Below are positions 54,812 through 62,061 of a stretch of 64,000 nt of DNA, piece after piece. The position numbers were made by a program, and so were the translations under genes. The notes beneath the pieces were generated by a model, which did no database searches, had not been told where the DNA came from, and saw only the letters and a list, made by a program, of their open reading frames with translations. How positions within the stretch are numbered: position 1 is the stretch's first letter; every line of letters starts with the position of its first letter. The stretch comes from a virus. Location of the stretch: positions 1-64,000 of the IMG/VR virus record IMGVR_UViG_3300045988_112496; one strand, 5' to 3'.

Positions 54812-55727
54812 TTTCTAGTTTTCTTTTTTAAGTTTTCATAATACTCTTCGGCTATATCCTTAAATCTTTTTCTTTCTCTATACGGAAGACGCAAAAAGCT
54901 GAGGTAGTCAATGACTATCTCAGCTCTACATATATAAGTGAATGTACCTGGGTGGTCTACGCTTCCGTCAGGTAGAAAAAAGTTGGTGAAAGCATTATAG
55001 GATATTTATCAATTCTTCCTGGTACATTTGGATGTTCTACATCTGTATTACCGTCGAAGACTGGGTCGTATTCAAAGATTGTTTTACGAATCTCTGCAAT
55101 ATCTCTTACTGAGAATAAATGGAAGCTTTCTACCTTTTCCCATTTACCATCAATCTGAAGATGTAGGTTCCTTGCAATTAATGCAGCATTACGAGTTTGT
55201 TTTTCTACTGGCAAAGTAACCAACATTCTTTCTCCTGCACCAGTAAGTAAATCGAATTTAACTACCTTGCCTGAAGAAAGAGTTACTTCGTAATCTGTAA
55301 GTTTACCTTGTTCAGGATAATAGGGGATAGCATTAGGTTTCTCTGCTAATTCTTTTTCTGAAGGTAAGATTCCGTAGTTTTCAAAAAGCATTTCGCTTAA
55401 TGATTGACCATAGACTTGTTTACCACCTTCTTGGCCCCAATCATATTCGAACTCTACTTCATCGCCTAATGAAAAGATTCTTGATTGGAATAAGATACAG
55501 TAACGGTCATTCAAAGGAATACGGTCTGCATCCTCTACGGTTAATCTACGAGTAGGGGTAAAATCCGTATCTACTACAATTGCCTGAATGAACTTAGTAA
55601 GGTTCATAAGGTTTCTTACATCCATAGGGTTAGATAAGATATCCTCATCTGCTCCATTCTGTTCCCTGATTGAGTATTTATAACCCGCTGGAGTTATAAA
55701 TTCATGTGTTCTACAATTTAATTCCAT
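54808..55727 (-). CDS. predicted -1 frameshift extension product of the tail chaperone (G-T / E-E' analogue)
   Basis: The -1 frame is open for 66 codons (55005 to 54808) in AT-rich DNA. It contains no Met and ends in a TGA that overlaps the tape-measure ATG (ATGA). Confidence 0.5.
54893..54925 (-). terminator. strong intrinsic terminator between the tail chaperone and tape-measure genes
   Basis: 13-bp stem AGCTGAGGTAGTC-aat-GACTATCTCAGCT (one G-U), followed on the minus strand by TTTTTG. Confidence 0.7.
54957..55727 (-). CDS. putative tail assembly chaperone (0-frame product, 256 aa)
   Basis: Position between the tube and tape-measure genes. Slippery T_TTT_TTC heptamer 6 codons before its stop. 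Confidence 0.55.
   Translation of the reverse strand: MELNCRTHEFITPAGYKYSIREQNGADEDILSNPMDVRNLMNLTKFIQAIVVDTDFTPTRRLTVEDADRIPLNDRYCILFQSRIFSLGDEVEFEYDWGQEGGKQVYGQSLSEMLFENYGILPSEKELAEKPNAIPYYPEQGKLTDYEVTLSSGKVVKFDLLTGAGERMLVTLPVEKQTRNAALIARNLHLQIDGKWEKVESFHLFSVRDIAEIRKTIFEYDPVFDGNTDVEHPNVPGRIDKYPIMLSPTFFYLTEA
54975..54981 (-). other. -1 ribosomal frameshift slippery heptanucleotide T_TTT_TTC
   Basis: Minus-strand reading CCA ACT TTT TTC TAC. It has X_XXY_YYZ form in the 0 frame. Confidence 0.5.
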
Positions 55728-55782
55728 GTTTAAAATAAGTTATTTGGTTATACTTTAGTTCATAGTGTTCGCTATAACAACA

Positions 55783-55803
55783 AGAAAGGGGTGAGCCCTT
55801 TCT
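55783..55803 (-). terminator. stem-loop after the tail tube gene
   Basis: GAAAGGG-gtgag-CCCTTTC then TTGTTGTT. Confidence 0.5.
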
Positions 55804-55823
55804 AGGAATCCCACCCCTCCCAC

Positions 55824-55851
55824 CTAAAAATCTTAGTGAAAATAGACTAAG
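55824..55851 (-). terminator. intrinsic terminator after the tail tube gene
   Basis: CTTAGT...ACTAAG followed on the minus strand by ATTTTTAGG. Confidence 0.55.
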
Positions 55852-55856
55852 CGTTT

Positions 55857-56321
55857 TTAATACTTATCTACAGTACCTACTGAGAATTCGATACTTTCGA
55901 TAGTGTTCTCTGAAGCCATTCTGTCCAGGTCTAAGCCTGTAACCTTACATGGCCATACCTCTTCGAAGAGGTGGGTGTTAAGTACTGAAACTCCATCTTC
56001 GGCAAGTTCGTTTACGATTACATTTTCCCAGTATTGGCTTGGTACCAAACCTCCACCAGCAATCATATCTTGGCAAGAATATAGCCAATCATGAAGCCAT
56101 GTATCTGAACCTGCAGTAGTCAAAAGTTTACCCACTACTAAGTTACCTACTGTAACTCTACCGGCAGTCTTAACGTCCCGGTTAACGTCTCCATGAGCAA
56201 CCTGGTCAATCTCTACATCTGGCAAAGTACAAGTTTGGAACAGATAAGTATTGATTGGGTGCTTAGGGAATGTGATACTCCAAAGGAATTTCTTTCTTGG
56301 ATTCTTTACTTTTGCTCCCAT
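55857..56321 (-). CDS. tail tube protein (T4 gp19-like) (154 aa)
   Basis: 'FLWSITFPKH...CTLPDVEIDQV...VKTAGRVTVGNLVV...VWPCKVTGLDLD...IESIEFSV' pattern. Immediately after the sheath gene. Confidence 0.7.
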   Translation of the reverse strand: MGAKVKNPRKKFLWSITFPKHPINTYLFQTCTLPDVEIDQVAHGDVNRDVKTAGRVTVGNLVVGKLLTTAGSDTWLHDWLYSCQDMIAGGGLVPSQYWENVIVNELAEDGVSVLNTHLFEEVWPCKVTGLDLDRMASENTIESIEFSVGTVDKY

Positions 56322-56333
56322 TGTTTCTTAATT

Positions 56334-58112
56334 TTATTCGTTAATATCCTGAATAGATACGGATTTAGATGCTTGGTCAATATAGATGCCCATAGTGATT
56401 TCTTGCATCGGAACAATATCCTTGAATTTCAGGATTGCTTTGTATTTACCTTGACGAACATCAGCCTCATTGTTAACTGATAGGTCATTGTACGAGTTAG
56501 CATCTTGGTCACCCATCCAGGTGTACTCAGACATGGCATCTTCATCTACCAAGTTATCCAGCATTGGTTTAACTTCTAGATAAATTTTATTCCAAGTGTT
56601 CCAGATATTTGGTTCTTCCAAATACTTTTCTAGAATAGGTCTAAGATTCTTTTTAAGATACAGATTCAGTCTCACAATAGCAAGGAATCTTTCTGAATCC
56701 TGTTTTACCTGAGAAGAGAAGCAATGCCATAGCAGAGTTTGTTTACCTTGATTAGGAACATCTTTGATACAGATTATGTTTACATAATTCTGTGCCAATT
56801 CATTAAGTTCCTTAGTTCTTGAAGGAGAACCATAGTTCGGGCATACAGGACCATTACCATCGTAGATAATACCACGATTCATACCTGCAAATGATTTCCA
56901 TGGTCCAAATTGAGAAGCAGAAGCATCTCCCAGTCCTGCAATAGTACCAAGAACATCGGAATCTACCAAGTTACCGTCGGCATTGTAGTACTTAATACCA
57001 CCACCGAAGTAAGCAACATATTTGCTGTTACCTACAGTACCAAAGCAAGTCTGAATCCAAGTGATGATTGATTTCAAATCTCTTGGTTGGTCACCCTGAG
57101 TGTAATGAGTAGTATATTTTGGTACTTCAATATAATAGATATACTCTTGCAGTTCTTTAACCATATCTACAGCAGCCTTGTGTACTTTAAGTACATCTGA
57201 GGATGTTTCAAGATGTTGGTCAATATGTGAACAGAAGATTTGGTATACATCTACGTAATCTTTAACGAATTCCAGAGAAGCAATCCATTCATCGGCAGTA
57301 GGTGCAGTACCGGCATTACCGATAGTACCCTGTAGCTTTACTCCATCAGCAGTAATTGCAGCACCATTGAGTTTGATATCGATAGAGTTTCTTGTTCCAT
57401 CTACATCATCGGTTAACCATTTGATGAAATTGTTCCAGGATTTGATGTTCTCTGTTTTCTCAGTTAATACCGGAACGATAAATTCTGAGTTCTTTGCAAA
57501 AGCACTTAAAGCCAAGTAGTCTACAGAAGTATCATTGTTATCATCTGCAGTTTTGTAAGTTACTACCGGACCTTGTTCAAGTACCTGGCCATTAGCACTG
57601 ATTATCTGATAATAAACCGTGTTTGCCTGTTTGTAAATATTTACAGAGAAAGTTTCAGCACTACCAATTGGGTCTCCATAACCTTTAGTTACCAAACCAA
57701 AACCAACAGCAACTGAACCAGAAGTAAACTTGAAAAGAGTAGAAGCAGTTGGTTCTTCTGGAGTTGCAGAGGCTACTACTGGAGAACCTTCTTCAGCAAC
57801 CTTAGGAGCAGCAGCTTTAGCTTTTGAAGGAGCAGATACTACACCTTTGGTTGCACCCTTACCAAGTACTCGAATAACACGAAGCTTAGAACCACCATTA
57901 AAAGCCTTTTCAATGTTTGATACAGAACCATCTGGTACTATCTCAGAACCAAAGACTCTTTGGAATTGAGAAAAGGATTGGATGAGTTCTGATGGGTCAT
58001 CATAAGGACCTTTAGTAGTTCTAGCCAATACACATGAAACTCCTAACATAGGAGTAGTTTGAAGAACATTCTCGTTCTTAAACTCGAAATTTACAGATGG
58101 TGAATTAGGCAT
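56334..58112 (-). CDS. contractile tail sheath protein (592 aa)
   Basis: C-terminal sheath signature '...FLAIVRLNLYLKKNLRPILEKYLEEPNIWNTWNKIYLEVKPMLDNLVDEDAM'. Synteny with the tube gene. Confidence 0.85.
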   Translation of the reverse strand: MPNSPSVNFEFKNENVLQTTPMLGVSCVLARTTKGPYDDPSELIQSFSQFQRVFGSEIVPDGSVSNIEKAFNGGSKLRVIRVLGKGATKGVVSAPSKAKAAAPKVAEEGSPVVASATPEEPTASTLFKFTSGSVAVGFGLVTKGYGDPIGSAETFSVNIYKQANTVYYQIISANGQVLEQGPVVTYKTADDNNDTSVDYLALSAFAKNSEFIVPVLTEKTENIKSWNNFIKWLTDDVDGTRNSIDIKLNGAAITADGVKLQGTIGNAGTAPTADEWIASLEFVKDYVDVYQIFCSHIDQHLETSSDVLKVHKAAVDMVKELQEYIYYIEVPKYTTHYTQGDQPRDLKSIITWIQTCFGTVGNSKYVAYFGGGIKYYNADGNLVDSDVLGTIAGLGDASASQFGPWKSFAGMNRGIIYDGNGPVCPNYGSPSRTKELNELAQNYVNIICIKDVPNQGKQTLLWHCFSSQVKQDSERFLAIVRLNLYLKKNLRPILEKYLEEPNIWNTWNKIYLEVKPMLDNLVDEDAMSEYTWMGDQDANSYNDLSVNNEADVRQGKYKAILKFKDIVPMQEITMGIYIDQASKSVSIQDINE

Positions 58113-58165
58113 ATTTATACTAATTAAGTTAATTACTCATTTATTTAATACCCTCTAGTATTGAG

Positions 58166-58864
58166 CTATTTTACGTTAAGGTTAAGTAAGTCAGATTCTT
58201 GCTTTTCGATTAGTCCCATCAATACCGATATATCTTGAATTGGTACAAGTTCTCCCTCTTCAGCAAGTTTCTCAGGTAATATACCATCCTTGCAAGTGTA
58301 CTGATATACCTTTTCAAGTAAACCGTGACTCTCATCCGGATGGTCATAATAGTTACCTATCTCTATAAATAGATTTCCTGTAGGTGCTACCCTACCATCT
58401 TCCCATTCTTCTAAGTTATTATAATAAGGTCTTACATATCCACGAGAAGGTAAAGCTTCATACATTATATTATGAAGTAACCTCATATCGGCTTGAGTAT
58501 TAGATACCAGATGAATATCTAGAGTTATATCTTTTGTTTCATAGGGAAATTCAGATGCTTGGTAGTTCCCACTCTCTAGCTTATCACCAATGATATACTT
58601 ATTTACACCTATATCACCATTATAGAATCCTTGCAATTCAATGGTGATTCTAGGGCATGTCTTTGCACCCTTAACCTGATTGTTACCTATACCATAGATA
58701 GGGATGAACTTAGGCATGGCATCCTTATCTGCCTGGAATCTTCTTTCATTCTCTTGTGATAAAGGTAAGTAATCTTCTGGGTTAAGCGTTAAACCTTTTT
58801 TCAATGCCGTTTGTAATAGGCAAATATAAAAGGTTCTTTCTACGATTTCTTCTGTATTTACCAT
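58166..58864 (-). CDS. virion structural protein (possible tail terminator/sheath initiator by position) (232 aa)
   Basis: Synteny only. Confidence 0.6.
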   Translation of the reverse strand: MVNTEEIVERTFYICLLQTALKKGLTLNPEDYLPLSQENERRFQADKDAMPKFIPIYGIGNNQVKGAKTCPRITIELQGFYNGDIGVNKYIIGDKLESGNYQASEFPYETKDITLDIHLVSNTQADMRLLHNIMYEALPSRGYVRPYYNNLEEWEDGRVAPTGNLFIEIGNYYDHPDESHGLLEKVYQYTCKDGILPEKLAEEGELVPIQDISVLMGLIEKQESDLLNLNVK

Positions 58865-58866
58865 AG

Positions 58867-59760
58867 TTACATAAGTTGAGGTATTAGTATTACATTAAAT
58901 TGATATGTACCTCCATCACTAAAAACACATTCCCAACCTCCAGAAGTACTACCAAATAAAGCTCCTGCATCTTTTCTACCATGGGCTATAGATGAAAGAG
59001 TAGCCTGATAGGAGTTAGCTATATTACCATAATCAGTAATCCAATAGTACAACTTAGTACCACTATTAAATTCGGTAACTTGTTTAGTCTGAGATACGGT
59101 GGGTATTTTAAAAGCCATAACCTCTTGAGATACTTGTTCGCCCTCAATCTGTTTACCCCTATACCCAGTAATACTAAAACCAACTGAAGTTTCATAAGCA
59201 TTTAAGACTTGGTCCTTAGGTATACCCATACTAACACTAGCCGGTTCTACCCAATATCTATAAGTTACTTCTCCTGCAGCCTGAGTTACAGTTACTGTTT
59301 TAGTTAGACCACCAACTTGTTTGATAGTTAGAGTTCCACTGATAGCCTGTTCAGTATGATTCTTAGAAGTAATTGATACCTCTAGAGTCTTTTCATCTAC
59401 ATCCGTAAATCTTACTCCGGCAGTAAATGGAGGTTCCTCTAGGAATTCTGCCGTAACTTCTACATTTTCCCAATCTCCTTGGGGTGTACCATTAATCATC
59501 TCTCTACGTTGAGAGATGATTACCAAAGTATCAGAGCCACCCTTACCCAATATATTTATGGTTTCCTTATCTACTTCTAATTTGTATTCGTAGTTAAGGC
59601 TGCCTTTCTTTTGAATAAGATTTACAGTCTTAGGTACTCCATTAACTGTAATGGTAAGGGTAGCTTTCTTATCTGATTCTGTATCATTCACTTTTAAAGG
59701 ATGTACCATTACAAGTGCAGGACCAGTACCAGATGTTTTATCTGCTTCAAAATCTGCCAT
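58867..59760 (-). CDS. virion protein with BACON/Ig-like repeats (297 aa)
   Basis: Repeated 'ATLTITVNGVPKTVNLIQ' / 'GTLTIKQVGGLTKTVTVTQ' strand pattern. Confidence 0.6.
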   Translation of the reverse strand: MADFEADKTSGTGPALVMVHPLKVNDTESDKKATLTITVNGVPKTVNLIQKKGSLNYEYKLEVDKETINILGKGGSDTLVIISQRREMINGTPQGDWENVEVTAEFLEEPPFTAGVRFTDVDEKTLEVSITSKNHTEQAISGTLTIKQVGGLTKTVTVTQAAGEVTYRYWVEPASVSMGIPKDQVLNAYETSVGFSITGYRGKQIEGEQVSQEVMAFKIPTVSQTKQVTEFNSGTKLYYWITDYGNIANSYQATLSSIAHGRKDAGALFGSTSGGWECVFSDGGTYQFNVILIPQLM

Positions 59761-60320
59761 TACTTTGTATATTTTCTAAGTTCTTTTCTTAATTGATTTC
59801 GTATTTCTTTCTCTAAAGCCTTATTTCCACCTGCTGCTTCAAAAGCTGGTTGCCATAAAGGACGAGGAGGTAGATTACCATCTCTACTACCATATTCCAA
59901 CATGATAGCAATTTGGTTAAGTGTCTTTCGAGAAGTTCTACCAGAGTAGGTTATCTTCCTTAATCCTGGAGGAAGACCAACAAAAGTTCTATCTTTCCGA
60001 GTTACCATAGTAACTGACCTTGCATATTGACCAGTAAGGTTTAATAAGGTATGTGCTCCATACTTCTTAAGAGTAGCAGTAGCATGAGGAGGCCAAGAAA
60101 CTTTGGAACCGGGTGGAGGTAGACCAGTATTTAAACTACGCCTTACTATACGAAGAAGTTGATTACCAAATCTTCTAGTACCTAACTCATATCCGAGTTT
60201 CATGATACTTGGAGTCTTAGTAATCAACCTCTCTGCCTGACGTTGTTTAACGGGGTCTACATAAATCTGAATATCACATAGATTATTCGAGATGTTTATG
60301 TTAACCTTTTTGCTTGGCAT
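59760..60320 (-). CDS. HK97 gp10-like head-tail/tail-completion protein (186 aa)
   Basis: 'IAIMLEYGSRDGNLPPRPLWQPAF' resembles the E(F/Y)G...PARPF motif. Confidence 0.45.
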   Translation of the reverse strand: MPSKKVNINISNNLCDIQIYVDPVKQRQAERLITKTPSIMKLGYELGTRRFGNQLLRIVRRSLNTGLPPPGSKVSWPPHATATLKKYGAHTLLNLTGQYARSVTMVTRKDRTFVGLPPGLRKITYSGRTSRKTLNQIAIMLEYGSRDGNLPPRPLWQPAFEAAGGNKALEKEIRNQLRKELRKYTK

Positions 60321-60855
60321 CTTTATTCTTATTTAACCCCAACTCACTGGCAATCTTCATAAGAATATCTTGTTGTACTGATAACTTCTCTGCTACCTCT
60401 GCTTTGAAAGCATCGAATTCTTCTTGCTTATAAGCCGGAGCCGGTTGCTGAGCAGGGGTTATCATACCCTCGATAGTTTTAAAGATATTATCGCATTCAA
60501 CAACTACTGCCTCATATTTCTCCCGATTTTGAAGGATATTTACGGCATTGGTTCTTTGAATGTTTACCTCATTTACAATATTGCGTAAGTCGGTAGTGTA
60601 ATAAATATTATTGTGAATACCTTCTGCTGCATCTGTAGGAAGGTATATAGTTAGAGAGGATACAGAATCTTGAATAACAATTTCGGTATTTGCGGCAAAG
60701 CTTCCATCTGGGCCAGTGGCTCTGGGTTTACTTTCACCTACTTTTAATACTTTGGCCTTATCAAAGATAGGATACCCAGAACGTCTATCTCTTTCTAGAG
60801 TGAATATCGTATCACCCTTTTGCAATTTAGAAAAAATCAAATCTTCCATGTTCAT
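60301..60855 (-). CDS. hypothetical structural-module protein (184 aa)
   Basis: Minus-strand ORF. Confidence 0.65.
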   Translation of the reverse strand: MNMEDLIFSKLQKGDTIFTLERDRRSGYPIFDKAKVLKVGESKPRATGPDGSFAANTEIVIQDSVSSLTIYLPTDAAEGIHNNIYYTTDLRNIVNEVNIQRTNAVNILQNREKYEAVVVECDNIFKTIEGMITPAQQPAPAYKQEEFDAFKAEVAEKLSVQQDILMKIASELGLNKNKDAKQKG

Positions 60856-61082
60856 CTTCTATTAATTAAGTTTAAACCAAATGATACTGCACCTGGATTA
60901 TTTTGCATAAAATCTACCAGGTTTAAGAATTGATAGTATCCAAATTGGTCAATGAGTGACTGTGCTTTGTTTGCTACTTCCTTTGCTATCTCTGCATTGG
61001 GAGCAGGCAATGTAAGTTGAATAGTAAAATCTTTTAATTGATTTACATTAGTTGGTTCTTTCTTAATCTCTTCGCTTTCCAT
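60852..61082 (-). CDS. hypothetical protein (76 aa)
   Basis: 4-nt overlap with the downstream gene. Confidence 0.55.
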   Translation of the reverse strand: MESEEIKKEPTNVNQLKDFTIQLTLPAPNAEIAKEVANKAQSLIDQFGYYQFLNLVDFMQNNPGAVSFGLNLINRR

Positions 61083-61109
61083 ATCGTTTTATTTTTAGGT
61101 GGGTATAAA

Positions 61110-61147
61110 CGAAAAAAGGAGTACACCTATGTAAGATGCACTCCTTC
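61110..61147 (-). terminator. strong intrinsic terminator after gene 61217..61840
   Basis: AAGGAGT.CA...TG.ACTCCTT followed on the minus strand by TTTTTTCG. Confidence 0.8.
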
Positions 61148-61216
61148 CTTAATCTGGCTTACGTAATGACGGTTGTCATTAGGCCGGCGTTGTGGATGTA
61201 GTCTTAAGAGCTGCAA

Positions 61217-61840
61217 CTACACAGACTGGATAATGTTCTGGTCTCTTTGAGCATCTACTACTCGGTTGAGACGAGCAATTTCCTGGTCTTTCGCAGTGTT
61301 TTCGATAAGACACTTAATCTCTTGCTGACCATTCTTGATGTCGCAGCAGCAACGTTCAAGTTGAAGAGCCAGTTCGGATTTTACTTCACGAATCAAACCT
61401 TTGGTTTCACAACAGCAATTCTGTTGTTCATGTTCCATCTGGCAAAGACGGTCCATAACACGATTGAATCCTGCTCCCATTTGGTCACGAGAATCCCGGA
61501 TATCGGAATTGGTTTTGTATCCCAAATCACAAAGTCCTCTTTCCGTTGTGAAACGATTGTTAAGGATTTCTCTACCAACACCGGCAACATCTTTTGCAAC
61601 TCCACTGATTTCCTGAGTTACTCCTCTGGCTGCATCGGAGATATCTTTATAGATACCTGCCTTTGCTTCCTGAACAGTAGACTCTACTTTTTGGATATCA
61701 GCTTTGGTGTCATTGATTTTGTCCCATACGGAAACTGCAGCAGCACCAAAGCCACCACCTACCAATGCACCACCAACGGCTCCCCAACCAGAACCCCATC
61801 CGGAGTTACGATTGTTACAGCCAGCCATCATTACAACCAC
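61217..61840 (-). CDS. Gly-zipper / coiled-coil protein with two Cys-Cys-Cys motifs (about 205 aa)
   Basis: Visibly GC-richer ORF. 'GWGSGWGAVGGALVGGGFGAAAV', 'NCCCETK', 'RCCCDIK'. The track start is a GTG and ATG ATG follows 3 codons later. Strong terminator at 61110-61147. Confidence 0.7.
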   Translation of the reverse strand: MVVMMAGCNNRNSGWGSGWGAVGGALVGGGFGAAAVSVWDKINDTKADIQKVESTVQEAKAGIYKDISDAARGVTQEISGVAKDVAGVGREILNNRFTTERGLCDLGYKTNSDIRDSRDQMGAGFNRVMDRLCQMEHEQQNCCCETKGLIREVKSELALQLERCCCDIKNGQQEIKCLIENTAKDQEIARLNRVVDAQRDQNIIQSV

Positions 61841-61943
61841 GGTCGGCTACTATTACGCCTTCACCGCCAGATTTAACTTCTACTCCCATAATCTTTGATT
61901 TTTAAATTGTTAAACATAAAAGTTAATTTTAAAGTTAGTATTT

Positions 61944-61961
61944 TGTATAAGGCCTTATACA
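61944..61961. promoter_or_regulatory. perfect 18-bp palindrome TGTATAAGGCCTTATACA upstream of gene 61217..61840
   Basis: Read directly. Candidate operator site. No loop, centre GGCC. Confidence 0.4.
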
Positions 61962-62036
61962 TTAATAAATACCGTAGTATCGTACTTTAAATTTTTCTGT
62001 AGATTCCTATGGATTCCCCCAAGCGATGTTAAGATT

Positions 62037-62060
62037 TAGAGTTGGAAGATTTTAACTCTA
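62037..62060 (-). terminator. stem-loop immediately after the stop of 62062..
   Basis: TAGAGTT...AACTCTA. Confidence 0.3.
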
Positions 62061-62061
62061 A

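Noticed and set aside
61247-61898. Plus-strand ORFs 61247..61876, 61401..61616 and 61704..61898, and minus-strand alternate frame 61393..61605.
   Set aside because: The higher GC content of gene 61217..61840 removes stop codons in other frames. The minus-strand frame has the promoter-side spacer, the terminator and a coherent protein.
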